NCBI GenBank assembly: GCA_051294905.1
Contig: CM119382.1
Span: forward strand, 11,408,001 to 11,472,000
DNA from: Botryllus schlosseri
Taxonomy: Eukaryota
Reading direction: 5' to 3'
DNA: 64,000 bases
Below the pieces are notes generated by a model, which saw only the letters and a program-made list of their open reading frames with translations, was not told the DNA's origin and did no database searches. This document shows positions 25,866 through 38,939 of this stretch, in pieces (positions within the stretch are counted from its first letter, which is position 1; every line of letters starts with the position of its first letter). The translations under genes and the position numbers were made by a program.

Positions 25866-28800
25866 ATGCTTGCGAACATCGAAAGCAGGATTCAAGATAC
25901 CTTTGGGATCAGAAATAACGTAGAAAAGGTTTTCAGCGGTTACGAAGATCAGAATTACCTAATATCCTCGTTGGAAGATGATAGAAGATATGTTCTGAAA
26001 GTCATAAACGTGTCGGACTCCGAGAAAGAAGTTAAGTGCAAGAAAACTGTGACATCCGGTCGAAAGTAGGATGCGAACTCACGGTCACGATGCGAACCAC
26101 ATGTCCAAGCATAGATTTAAACTGCTAATATAAATACTCTAGTCTATAATAGCAAGCTATACTGTCGGCCAAAAATTGTGCGATCACAGAGTTGTTGGAA
26201 ACCACATGGATTTGGTCAATCCTTCTCAACATTTTAGACATTGCGGCACCGTATATCATCTTATCAGCACCGGATCAACTTATGAGGTTTCAGCGTGTCA
26301 AAAACCGTATTTATCCTAATTTCCGTGTAACATTTGTGCGAATTACAACTTAGATTGATATCAAATGTAGCAATAATAATGTGTCAGAGCACCGTTAGAC
26401 TCATATCGAAGCTACTATTCCAAAACTATTTGCGCCTAACCGCCGAAACAATGCCTTAGCGCCGAATTTCTACATATAACGCGTACGACCCCTCTATATA
26501 ACCAAGTCTGCAGGAATTTATTGGTAAGAAATGCGGTACACGAAACCCGATACGCTCTGAAACTCGGTTAGCACGAGTGAGAGAGAGAGAGCCTATAATC
26601 TGTTCACATATGGTATCAAAATATGCATTAATATGTTTCTCCATTGTCCACTGATGTTTATGAATGACTAATCTTGAACATTTCTAGATTAAAAAATGAA
26701 CGTACAAGTACATGTATCATGCCGCACATGCGTGGCGTGGAATCAAAGAGTCGAACTCCGCCTCTGAATCCGCAAATTATCATCAATTGCTTGATCTGTT
26801 GCGCGGGCTGTCGCAATATAGTTGCATGTTGTTTATGCCCTGATGTTCCAGGGTCTGGCCAAGGTCTTTAATCATCCATGTTTGTAACCAGAAAATTAAC
26901 TTATTTCACGACATTTTGCGTCGTAATGTTGAGACACCAGCAGTCAGTGCATTTCCAATTGTGAACAGCGACGTCACCTAGCTTCAAAGTCGCATAGACC
27001 GCACCTATAACGAGTATACATTATACAAGCTAAACAAAATTATAGGGCGTAAGTCTTATGCAATACCTCATTATCCTTCGGCACCGTAAAACATTTCAAA
27101 TAGCACCACAACGTGCCGCGGCACCTCGGTTGAGAACCGCCGAATTAGAACCACCAATCAGACATGGGGTAATCGTGATTAGTAATCGTTATCGATTACG
27201 ACGATTACAGTATAGAAATTAATTTTTAATTTTTAATGTTTAATTTCTATAATTACAGCATTTCCAAGTAATCGTAATCGCAATCGATTACATTCGAAAA
27301 AAATCCGAAGTAATCGTAATCGTAATCGACTACTTCACATATCTAATCGATTTATTTGTGAAAGAACGATTACTTTTCATTTGTGCAATGCCCATGACAT
27401 AAACTGAACTATGAACATTGATGAGCAACGAAGAGTGTGATTTAAAACAGGATTTGGATAGCAGAAATGTCGGGTTTTCAAACGCCTCTATACTCATTAT
27501 TGCGTCACAAGTATTAGCTTGGTTCTTGATTGCGTAACGTATTATCCGCACGTAGTAAATAGATATTCGATGTAAATAATGTAGTACTGTGATTGTAAGA
27601 ACCCCCGCTGTGGGTTATGTCACTGCACTGATCATTACACTGCACACACCACTACCTCGCAGCAGGATAATAATCACCACACGGCCTAGTTTCGAATAGT
27701 AACGTATATGTACAAATTTTCCATTGTACAATGTATAGATGTTTTGTTATGCTTAGGTAAACGCAATCTGACCGTAGCTGATTGGCGAGCTGTAGGCCTA
27801 TTTACGTATACAATGGACAACGATTTGAAATTTTGTACCCGTCAAATTAAACATGACAATTTCTACATCGAAGCATTAAAAACCAGGCTGCTGATAGAAA
27901 AAATCATAACCGAGCCGTTATTTTCCGTTACTCGTATAACGGCAGATCGAAATATATGTATTAAGCGGATTGCAGTCAGAAGTTGATGTTTACCTTATCA
28001 TATTCTCATACGGCCCTACTTAAAACGGGCAACAATTGTTCTTTCGCAATTTTATACTCATCATTCGGATATGCCACTAGCCATCCGCTTACACACCATG
28101 TCAGCGTGGAATTCAGTTACAATCAGTACCGAAACAGCACTTCGCCACCGCCATTCTCAGAAATGGTGATCTTGTGCTCCCCATAAGGCGATCAATAAAG
28201 CTTGTGGCGGGTGAAGTCCCCCAGAACCCCCTTAAAGGCCGGGCTTTTCACAAGAACTGGAAAACACGATTTGATGCGATGGATCCGCTGTGAATTTGCT
28301 GTCAAGTCGCGCCAGGCGCGAATATTTAGGCACATAATTTACGACTATAACTTTATTTTATGTTGTTAACTGGGGTCGCCCAAACGTAGCGGACGAAAAG
28401 AAAACTAAACGAAAAACTTTTGTGAGACGCACCAAAAATTGTCATTTATGCACGTGGTTCATCATTTTCCTCAGTGAATGCCCCCGGTGGCATTTGTATT
28501 GTGGGCTGAGATTGAGAAGACTATTCTTCGCGACCATCCACCGCGGCTATGGACAATGGACAAATACACAATGTTTCGGCCAATGTAGCATGTCTTGTTG
28601 TGTTGCGGCGCGGTATTGGCTGGCACCGAAATGCCTATTTCTGTGTGAATCATGCCATGGTATATTATGTCATACACAATAAATAAAAATAAAGACCTTC
28701 TCTCATGAGGCTTTTTCATCGCATTTATGTCTTCCAAAGATATAACTTCTCAGAAGCAAAATGAATGTAATCGTGAGTAATCGTGATTACTTTTCAAAAG

Positions 28801-31800
28801 TAATCGTAATCGACTACTCGCGGATTTTGCTGTAATCGTAATCGTAATCGCGTGATTCATAGGTAATCGTAATCGCAATCGATTACATTCATGAAGTAAT
28901 CACCCCATGTCTGCCACCAATACATCGAAATCGTGGACAAAGCCAAAACCGAGGTATGAATATTATTTGCTCTTATACTCACAGGCCTTGTCGAAGCCGT
29001 GGTTGATGTCATAGAGTCGACGCACTCAAGAGGATGCCGATGTCCATCCGTTATCCGTACAGTTTTGGGGAACGCTACTATTACTATAAAAGAGGGTATG
29101 TGTTTGTATCTGTGAGCGCTCATCGTCAGAATGCAGGGTGAAGAAAGATATTAGGCACTTTTTAGTTTTTATTCTTGTGCAGAATTCGAACCCTGCAAAA
29201 CCGTGCGATACGGCTGATCTCATCTGTACCTTTACGTACCAAACTATCGCCTTACTACCGTAAGCACCGAATTTTGCAAGTTGACAAACTATATCGCTTC
29301 GAAGTATCAAAAGTCATTCACAAATATTTTTCCAATAGCTTGCCTCCTGTGTTTGATGACTTTTTCATACCTGCCAAAAATGTCCACTCCCACTACACGA
29401 GATCCTCGTCTAAAGGAAATATCCACTTACCCCCATCCAATAGCAACCTAACTAAGAGATCTATCGACTACTCGGGACCTATCATCTGGAATGCATTACC
29501 ACCACACATCCGCGAATTGCCTTATAATAGATTCAAAAAAGCCCTACTTTATCACCTCTTGTCGTTACACTAACACTGTTGCCCTACCTCGCCCAGACAT
29601 TGCTTCATTGATCATTTGCTACCATCGTTTAATTTTTCTTCTATTTTATTTATTTAACTACTGTAACCTTTTTTACAGCCAGACTGCTTGGAGTCAAGTG
29701 TACCTGTTTGATGCTGGTGTGATCAGACTAGATGACCTTCACGGTCTTATCGATCATTCCTATATAATACCGAATACTGTGCAAGCATATTTTCTGTACC
29801 ACCATCACTGCCGTGTGTTATGTATTTTGGTTGGATGAAAATAATGACTCTCTCTCTCTCTCTGTGTCATTCTATTTACTTACTTCCAGGAGCCAACCCC
29901 AGAAAAGCGATACTTCTGTCTTACATCGAAGGATTTGGGATGTGTAATTTGCATTATCAGCAGATGAGCCACGAATCCTTTTACCAAGTTTGCTCCGAAG
30001 CTGGGGCTTTCATCGGAGGATTGATTTTCAACTTAAAAGTAAGCAAATAATATAAACAGCGAGTAATTATGGCTAAAATGAACCAATTAATCTCCAATTC
30101 AGTCTAAGCACACTGCATTGCACAATGCACAGACCTCGGGGAAAACGTGAGGAGATCGGTCCCGGTCCGTTACCTTTGTGTATTGAAACGACACCATATC
30201 ATTGTGACATACGCGATGAATTAGTCTCATTGGCCACGCCACATGTTCAATATTCACAATTCGCTGCAACACCATGCAAAAGAAATGTAATATTAATTTC
30301 GGAGCATAAATTTGCATGACATTGTAAGAACTTGGCATTAAAAAATGTATGCATTCTTGTTCGATGTCAGTATTTGCCTACATTATAGGCCCTATCCCAA
30401 TTGTCCAGTGTCCAACCCGTGAACCGCGTGGTATTTTTTCGAAATGACCAATCTTATCAACTTAACCCTTACGAGGTGGGGTCATATTTTGCAGAATTGA
30501 CCTTCACATCATATATCATGATGAAGACTCAATCGGCCCCTACAGTCCGTTTTATGGCATAAAACAACGCGATATGCTTTCTTTTGTCATATCCAACCAT
30601 TTGCAGGCATAGTAAACCTGTTTATGACTCATATGCCGACTGAATTTGCACTTGAACTTGACCTAGATCTTGAAAATCACTGAAGCGTGACCAAAATTTA
30701 CAAATCCCCCTCAGAAAACTCTCCAGAAAACGTTTTGATTTTTGAAACGGTGAAAATTTACACAGAAAACCGTACATGTCAACTTCTGATGTTCTGGCAG
30801 ATTTTCCGACAGTATTTCCCACTCGGAAAATATCCGGAAATTTTAGGTGATAACCATATTTCATTTAATTTTTAATTTTTTGTTTATTTTTACAAACCAA
30901 AATTTTTGAGTAAGGTACCAAATACACCGGAACAGTCTCAGCTTTTCAACAAACGTAGTACCCGATGTCTAGGGCGTGTCAACATGGAGAAATCGGTGTC
31001 GGAGACATGCCATATCATATATGATACGCCCACCTCGTAAGGGTTAATCGCCTACCTACGTAATTCACGGTGAATTTACATTCCGAGAAATTGGCATTTG
31101 TTGATTGCTTTTTTGTCTATTACTTTGTAGCAGTAGCTAACAACCAGGGGTCGCGACTAGCTACCCCTACTACTGTCGTTTGCCTTTTCACGGGAGTCGT
31201 AAGAGCTTTTGATATGTGTCGCTACATAATAAAGGTCGAAAACAACTGCTCTATGTAGTTTAGGCTAGGAGTGCACATTGTGCACTGCACAAATGTTCAT
31301 GTTCAATTTAATTTTATTGCAACACAATGCACATTGTTACGCATCACATTTTTCACATTGTTAGGTCTATGCACAACTCCACATTATTTACACATAATTG
31401 TCAGACAATCAGATTTCGTCCTCCCGTACTTCACTGAGGTCGTATATCTCAATATCTGATATCAGACACCCGTGCATTTAGCAGTGGAATATATCTTCTG
31501 CACTTCTCGGTGACAATGAATATAGGAAACGAAAATTACGCAACGGTAATGAAATATCCCACGATGGTAAGGGATAAATGAAAAATTATAGGAGAACCAT
31601 TTCAGGGATTACGAATTAGCAGTAAACACACGCATGTGGCCTGTTTTCCAAAAAGGTCGGGCATGGACAAGGACACCTCTGCCCTATATTATCTTTCTCA
31701 CTTTAATTTCAGACACTCACGCCTTGCCAAACACTGGCTCGTCGTGAGGCGGGTTTCAAAATGGAGAACATCGCAGCCCTGAGAAGAAAAATCGGTATCC

Positions 31801-34474
31801 TGACCGACAATACTATCTACAACATTTGTAGCAAGGTAATAGATCGGGTTGAGGAGCTATGCACAGGAAAGGCATACTCTGCCTTATCCATAGGTTTGTT
31901 TATAGCAGTGATGGATGGCGAATATTGCGTTTTATTAGGTGTACAGAAGCACTGGTAGTGGCTTTATCACAGAAGTAGTGTAGGCCTATATATGTACGCC
32001 GGCATCCGGGAACATGTAGTCAAAGTCTGTCCAAAATCGAAAATGAATTAGTATTTCAGGACCGTGACTACATTGTAATCATTTCTGAGGGTCACACAAT
32101 CATATATTGTTTCGTTACTCAAGAAAATCGAATCACTATGCTCTACTCGAATCATTACAATTTGATACACGACTCGGATTCAAATGCTCGAATAGTTGTG
32201 CCCAGTACAATTCGTCCGTTCATTCGATTGGTGATATTCAATCACAAGTGTAGAAGTAATGTCATGAATATTTATTCAATGAAGCAGAAGTTGAAATTTT
32301 CAATATTTTAAAACAACTGAAGTTGACATTAAAATTGTAAAATCTGAAGTATAAGCTCAGTAAATAGTTTGAATAAGTGGGGTATGCTGTCAGATACTCA
32401 TATTTAATATGACATATTAGTCAATCGCACGTGACAACTATATATCAAAATTACAAGACAAGATGTAACCCTTGACCCGGAACGGAATGTCTAAAGGCGT
32501 CAAATTCAGCTCTGTAGTCGAGAAACATACTCTTGACCAGAGGTAGTCATGTAGTCAAGAATGCTACTAGAGTAGAACTATACGTAGACATAGTGACGCA
32601 AAATTGTACTCAAATACGAATAGAAATAGCGTCTTTGAAAGAAACTTAAACTACTTCTAGTAGAAGTCGAATTAAGTGGCTGTAAATATACTCAAATAAG
32701 TAGGTCAAGTTATATGCTATCACGGACTGACAAAAACGGGAACCAAAGCCACGGGGAAGTTGCATGGATTCTTGCTGTTACATCCCAAAGGGTGTGAATG
32801 TTGCACAACATACAATTTCGACCGCATAATGGGATTAAAATGATATTAACAAGAAGAAGACTCGAAGTAATGTTATCGTGAATATAAAGAAACACAAATA
32901 CATTTTTGAAAAGCGGAAAAAATAGTTCATGTCTCTTGTCCAGATATCTTCAACGGTTCTGGTCTGCTAAAACAACGTCTAACGCTTAATTAAGTCAAGA
33001 ACCACGCACACCGCAGTCAAAATTATATTGATCGATTACTTTCGTGAAACATATTTGTCTCTCTATCTAATTCGCGTGAAGCAAGACGAAAAGTATGTAC
33101 TTGACTTAACTTTGTAGAAATATTATTGTTAGTACTTCGAGAAAACATCCCTTAAACTTCCCCGTTCCAGTCTCTCTCTCACAGGAAGAATAACATACTT
33201 CTACTTGACAAACTGTAAATAGCGAAACGTAAGTAAGTAAATAAAAAATATTAATAATTAGAAATAGATGTAGCGAAAATTATATATATTATATATATAG
33301 CGTACTACAAGTGGAAGTACTTCGTCACTGACCAGTGACCACCTCTGCTCTTGAAATATATAAACGAGATATACTTTCTACCTGGCTAATCAAAAATGTT
33401 GAAAGTCCGTAAATGTGACTTTAAAAACTGTTGACGCAGAAGTGAAAGATAGGTCGTGGGTTCGATCTCCGGCCGGGTCAGATCGAAAGACCTGATTAGT
33501 AACACTGGTATCCATCTCTTCCTCGCTTGGCGCTCATGCATTACTGGGATAGCATAGAGGGGTGGTGCAAGACTTAGAAAGCCCTACAAGGCTTTATTTG
33601 CATTTCCCTTGTCCAATGGCATATGTTTGTTTGTTTTGGGGGTATTCATGGTGTTTGTCGACTACTATGGTCATTTACACCAGGCCGATATTCTTCTTAT
33701 TATCCGTAACTGCCGACTTATAGCACGGCCCACCTCTAGGCTTTTTGTAAGACACCGCTGACGCGGATGAGGTGGCGAGGAGGAGTGGCATATGTACATT
33801 GTACATCGTGCACTAATGGTATGCATATGCACAGATCGTGTCGGTGTATGTACCGCAAAACATCAAGGACAAAAAATAAACTACGTCATTTCCTAAAAAA
33901 TTTACCCACTTTTGTAAATAGGGCAAGTAGACGTAATTAGAAGTTTATCCTTCGTTACTGATACCGCTGATACCATTCTCGTCTGTGATATTTGTTATGG
34001 AGTCAGCCTACATCTACATTTATACACCTTCCTGTTCTAGGTGTAATTCACGGAGACCTTACTCTCGAAAATTTGGTTTTCACGAAAAAGGATGAATCCA
34101 ACGAATATTTCGTGAACGGCGTGATTGACTTCATGGATAGTAATATTGGGGGCTACGTCTTCGAAGTAGCTAATGCCATGTGCAGTGTTATGCATGCCTC
34201 CGTAATCAATGGAGGCACAGATCCTTTCTTTGCTGTTGGAATCACCTTGAAGTCAATACTTTCACACGTCTCTTTCAACGACAGAGAGTTGGATGCTCTA
34301 TTCATTTCAGTGCTGGGCCGACTCTGCACGCTACTAATTTTCTGCCGGCACGATGCCGCCAATAGTACTCAGACTGCAAATCATATTCCGTTGAAGTTCG
34401 ATATCTTGGAACGGATCCTGCAGGACGTGTGGGGTGTTGGCAAAGATGAATGGAAGAGAAGTGTGCTGATATAA
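25866..34474 (+). CDS. HYKK: Hydroxylysine kinase-like (aminoglycoside phosphotransferase fold), about 346 aa; first donor site non-canonical
   Basis: Exons 25866-26031, 28985-29095, 29890-30038, 31713-31893 and 34041-34474 total 1041 nt. Motifs GYEDQNY, RYVLKVIN, LLSYIEG, IHGDLTLEN and GVIDFMD...YVFEVA match HYKK/AGPHD1 as I recall it (SYDDQNF, EYVLKISN, LLTYLPG, NHGDLNDHN, GILDFGD...YVFEVA). The phase-1 junction after exon 1 reads G|TTAAGT. Confidence 0.8.
26223..27142. mobile_element. Degenerate hAT-like MITE in HYKK intron 1
   Basis: TTCTCAAC...GCGGCACC at the left and GCGGCACC...GGTTGAGAACCGC at the right; no TSD resolved. Confidence 0.4.
27159..28913. mobile_element. 1.75-kb hAT non-autonomous element with GTAATC subterminal arrays
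   Basis: TIR CAGACATGGGG...CCCCATGTCTG, perfect 8-bp TSD CCACCAAT and (GTAATC)n blocks at both ends. It carries a fragment of the AACAGCACTTCG repeat at about 28131. Confidence 0.9.
29187..29875 (+). mobile_element. 5'-truncated CR1/L2-like LINE (C-terminal end of ORF2, 3'UTR and (CT)n tail) in HYKK intron 2
   Basis: The peptide LQNRAIRLI...HSHYTRSS...IDYSGPIIWNALPPHIR...FKKAL is the typical post-RT end of CR1/L2-clade ORF2. The element ends GAAAATAATGACTCTCTCTCTCTCT. Confidence 0.8.
30466..31043. mobile_element. piggyBac-like MITE
   Basis: TTAA TSD on both sides and TIR CCCTTACGAGGTGGG...CCCACCTCGTAAGGG. Confidence 0.9.
32538..33347. mobile_element. hAT-type MITE with AGTAGAAGT repeats
   Basis: Termini CAGAGGTAGTCA...TGACCACCTCTG and 7/8 TSD CTCTTGAC/CTCTTGAA. 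The interior is homologous to 36601-37906. Confidence 0.8.
33435..33565 (+). mobile_element. tRNA-derived SINE fragment
   Basis: B-box GGTTCGATCTCC followed by GGTCAGATCGAAAGAC...CTGGTATCC...GCTTGGCGCTCA, shared with the copy at 52245; the A-box is lost. Confidence 0.65.
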
Positions 34475-34945
34475 ACGTGTAAAAGACCTCAAACGAAGAA
34501 CGACATAATTTCAATTTTTAATTCACTGCTACTAGGCCACCACATGTGTGAAGCAGTGTTAAAGCCATATACCAATATATCTTCGACTATTTAAGTTATA
34601 ACGCATATCATGCTTGTTATTTTCCAATTGAAGTCATCTGTAGATTTAGTGAGACTGTAGTCTATTCGTTTTTGTTCTCAACGTTTGTGGAGTGAATGAA
34701 ATAAAGACTCTCTTTCTCTCTCTCTGAATGCAGCTGCTACCTATGTTGTTGTCATGCTGGTAGCGTAGTGCTTGTCAGAGAAACTTATTCTATAACCGCG
34801 CAGTAGATGAGGGGTGTGAAACAGTGATATCGTTGATATAATTCTGCACTAAATTAATTGTTAAATGAATGGATAAATCAAGGTTATCGTGAACAATGAG
34901 CAACAGTAGGAAAATGGTAACGGGGCTGGGAAGTGATGACCAGGA

Positions 34946-35490
34946 TCGAAACAGCACTTCGTCAGCCCCCAAAAAACATTGCTCTTGGGCCTCCCATAGG
35001 GTGATAAACCGAACCCTATACGTTTTTACCGCTACTTTATCAGCGACATTTTCGTACTGTTTGGCGAGTCAGCTTAGACCGCGGGAGGCGCCAAAATGTT
35101 CTATAATTCATGAATAAATCAGCCAATAAATATCGGGAATTAGATATTTGGTCTCAATTTTATTATCCTCTCTGAGCTCGCGAAATCAGAATTACCGGTA
35201 GAGCTGAGCGAGGTGTCTTGGTAAACGTGTAGGGCCCCTAAATAATTATCAAACATGTTCGGCGGACCCGTTGGTATAATGACTTCGTTACATGATGTTA
35301 TTTCGTGACACCCTGTCTTCTATGCCAAAAGATATGAAAATCGCCACGACGCACACGATTTCAACTGAAATTTCTTCACTGGAAAATAATTTTCCTCTGC
35401 GGGATGGGATTTGCCTTGTGGGGTTCAGATTGTCAGGACAGGAACATTCGGCGCCAACCATTTAGGCACCTATGGACAATTGAACATATG
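34946..35490 (+). repeat. Dispersed copy of the AACAGCACTTCGTCA repeat family
   Basis: Colinear with 14033-14815 but lacks the 14296 MITE. Confidence 0.75.
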
Positions 35491-35929
35491 TATCGAAATT
35501 TCCGGTCAGCATAAGGGCAGTCCTTTACGGCCATAAGTTTTTCTTGCTGCCGATCATTCTGGCACATTTCTCGGTGTCGCATGTTACGTGGCATAAAAGT
35601 TCATACGTCTTGGCGCTTCGTAGCGCGGTAACGGCGGCGCCGAAATGCCCATTTCTATATATCATGCGTAATTTTTCTTGTGGGGAAGCGTACCCAATAA
35701 TCAAGATATTTAACACCATTAAATCGCGCTTAGTGCGAAAATTATTTGAAAAAGTTGCATAAATTTTCAAAAAATACAATGAAATACTCTATATAATTTA
35801 TGTTAATTCACGAAATAATTTTGGGCCCCCTTCGAGCTCACCCCCAATTGGGGGTTTAGGGTGCGGCAGTTACAGTCCTGGTGATGACTGATATCACTTA
35901 GTCAACTGCAACCTAATTACAGGATCCGG

Positions 35930-36010
35930 GGAAGCGAGTGATGCAGTTGGGCAAACACTGCAGTCGCGGCACCAATGGGCGTGGGTTCGAATCCCGTTTC
36001 TGACCAACTT
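35930..36010 (+). mobile_element. tRNA-like Pol III head (probable SINE remnant)
   Basis: Strong B-box GTGGGTTCGAATCCC and a weak A-box; no closed cloverleaf could be built. Confidence 0.4.
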
Positions 36011-36600
36011 CTACGTGTCGGAGGTTTCTCTGGAATCCTCATCGCCGACCTCACTACTTCGGCAGACGGTAGTGCATTGAAAAGCGCAGACTGAAAATGA
36101 GTCGTGCTGCAAGTCGGCAGCATAGACTACGATGGGTACGCGTGGGAGCGAGAGAGAATGAAGAATTACTGCGAGAGAGATTGAAGGACGTTTCTAAGAA
36201 TACAAAAACCTATGAACATTATGAAATTCGTATCGTGGAGCACAAGGCCTAAAACGGCGATGAGCTCCACTGTGTTGTGCCCATTAATACATACAATTAC
36301 AGGATCAGTATCAGTTGAATATAATATGTAATTTCATCAAATCCAAACACTCTAAAATTTCGATACAATGAATAGAGAGAAAGGAGTCGAAACGACTTGG
36401 CGTAGTCCTGTAATCATACAGTCGCCTTGGTCTATAGACCATGAACAGACCATGTAAGCTAGTAAGCATATGTACTTGCTGTACAGCATGTAAATGTGCA
36501 GTGCACTAATTTAAAAATAATGGAGTTAAATAGAAAGGGCAAAAGATGATAAGGAAGTGGCACGTGCTGGTAGGCGTAGTCGCTATGGTGTGTTGACATG

Positions 36601-37906
36601 CAAAGGTGGTCAAAGTAGTCAAGAAAGCTACTCGAGTAGAAGTAGAAGTAGCGACGAAGAATATCTACTCAAGTACGAGTAGAAGAACTTCCTTCATAAG
36701 CAACGTAACATTACTTGAAGTAGAAGTAGAATTGACTGACTTTAAATCTACTCAAGTAAGTAAGTAGTTGTAAAAACGATAGTAATTCGTTCGCATGGAC
36801 TGTGAAAAGATGCAAATGGAGCTATGCGGAAGGTGTAGAGAGCTTGATTCATATTGATGCATTCCAGGAGATGTCAATTTTTACAGAATAAGCAGTCGTC
36901 CACATCATGGGATGTAAATGATAGTATTGTTATGGAATGGAAATGCGATACTAATCCTTTGTTTACTCTAACACCCCGTTTTAGAGAATATCATTGCATG
37001 GCGCTCTCCCCCATATTATAAGGCCCCTAGTTCAGTCGAAGAGCAATACGGAGAAGTTGTGTCGGATACGGCTTCAACACTTTGCGCGATTAGTATACGT
37101 TAATTAAAAATATGGCAGATAGTAAAAATGCCATAGTGTATAGCTTTATTTTCGGAAAATAGAAGGCATTAATACACATGCTTTTATACTTCAATATGTA
37201 TGTTCTCCAGACAAAAGAACTGAAACTATAATTAGAACTCAACGTATAATACTTGTAACTGAAAAAATTCAAATACTACTTCTAAAAAGCGGAAAATATT
37301 ATTCATGTCTTTTGTACAGAAAGTTTCAACGGTGCATGGTCTGCTAAAACAAGGTCTAACGTTAAAAAATAGTCAAAGTTCACTTTTCCAGATTATGGCA
37401 CGTTGTAGGCTGCTAGGTATAATCGGTAATGGCCAGATTGCGAAACGGTGGTTTCAAACGTTAGCCTATGGGGGGGGGGGGGGGGGGTGCGGCATACTTA
37501 CTGTGACGAAATATTTGATATAGGCGACAGCGGTGTGAACAGAACCACGCAACCCGGTATCTAAATTATATTCAGTGATACTTTCGGTAAAACATAATTA
37601 CTCCACCTACTATGCGCGAAACGCAACGAGAATTCTGGGTATTACATGACTTTTATGAAAATTATATGTTGGTACTATGTGAAAACAGCCTCGAAATTCC
37701 TTAGGCTATCTTTCCTATTTGGGGATTGAACTACTTCTACTTAACAAACTGAAAATAGCGAAAATTAAGTAAGTAGTTCACAAAATATTACGAAGTAGAA
37801 GTAGAAGTGGCGAAAAAAAAGATCTACTTGAGTAAGAACCAGAAGTGGAGGAAAACTACTCGAGTACTTCGAAAAAGTAGAAGTACTTCGTTACTGACCA
37901 CCTCTG
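36601..37906. mobile_element. Larger copy of the AGTAGAAGT hAT MITE family
   Basis: Termini CAAAGGTGGTCA...TGACCACCTCTG and an internal block AAAAGCGGAAAA...GGTCTGCTAAAACAA matching 32900-33050. TSD not conserved. Family ends also occur at about 707, 18097 and 49066. Confidence 0.7.
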
Positions 37907-38001
37907 ATGAAAATTGTAGCAATAAATGGAATTGAATTGAATGTCACATATTGGTCCTGTAAATCTCGATCGCTGACCAGTATCAGAAATAATATACTAT
38001 C

Positions 38002-38228
38002 ATCATCATCATCATCATTGGTTTATTAGCAATTTTATCAGTTCAATACACCACAAAAATGCGATACAATGAAAAGACAGGAAGATGTCGAAGCGACAAG
38101 GAGTAGTCTATGGAATCTGACACCCACCTTGGCCTAGGCGATGTAAAGAGGAGGCATGCACACTGAATGAAAGTAAAGAAGATAGTATAGAAGAAGAATG
38201 CGACAAGAAATAGGGCGGCATGTCATGT
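38002..38228 (-). mobile_element. Short, recent 3'-end copy of the adjacent LINE
   Basis: Near-identical to 38940-39165; on the minus strand it ends AATAAA...(GAT)n. Confidence 0.8.
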
Positions 38229-38939
38229 CAGTATTCCGTGTTCTATTTTTAGATAGTCATGGCAGTGTCATTTTAAATCGACGACTATGTTATCGCAATT
38301 GATGAGATATAAAATAGAACATTGATTTTTACTGCTTTCCAGACATAAGGCTAATTCACACATGTACGGTTCCCGGCCACGATTTTTGCCGTGCGGTTTT
38401 TCATCGTACCGTACGAACCGGGTATGTGTGCAGTTGCGCCGCGGGGTGTCGCTAAACGTGGTCACGAGATTTTTAACGACAAAACAAAACAACATTCCTC
38501 CAAAGAGGAACTAATTTTAACACACTTCAGTGGGTTCGAAAATCTTAGAGATATGGAGTATGGTGCCGTTGGTAAAAGTTGGTCAATAATATATGCAAAG
38601 CATATTCTTTTTGTGGTTGATTATTGAAGATACTCTCCGAAGTTTTTCTCTAGTTGAGTTACTCGAGTAAGAAAACCTTGGCGACATGATGACGCAATGT
38701 CGACTGTCGCTGTCGCCCATCGGTGTTACACCGAAGCTCGCTGGCCGCTGGTAGGGGAGAAAGGAAAACAAACAAGTACGGCTTGAGTGGCCGACTGAGC
38801 GCATTCAGTTGCCAGTTGGTGGAGGTGAGGCAAACACTGCATCCCGCATCTAGTCAGATTTAGCGATTGCGTCATCAGGTATAGGCGTACCGCGTACGGT
38901 AACACTCATAAGTCATAAAGCCAAAGGTATATAGGTTCA

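Noticed and set aside
27159-28913. (GTAATC)n, (CCGATA)n and (GACTCGAGTC)n arrays as CRISPR-like or regulatory arrays
   Set aside because: They have no regular unique spacers and lie inside TIR/TSD-bounded elements, as expected for transposase-binding subterminal repeats.
28863-28953. Possible MITE-derived exon (ATAG|GTAATC...CGAG|GTATGA) bridging the HYKK phase problem
   Set aside because: The phases fit, but the following intron would be only 31 nt and the peptide does not resemble HYKK.
37470-37487. 18-nt poly-G run (and a poly-C run at about 13664-13676) as functional G-quadruplex sites
   Set aside because: They are isolated homopolymers inside repeat-derived sequence, with no other support.
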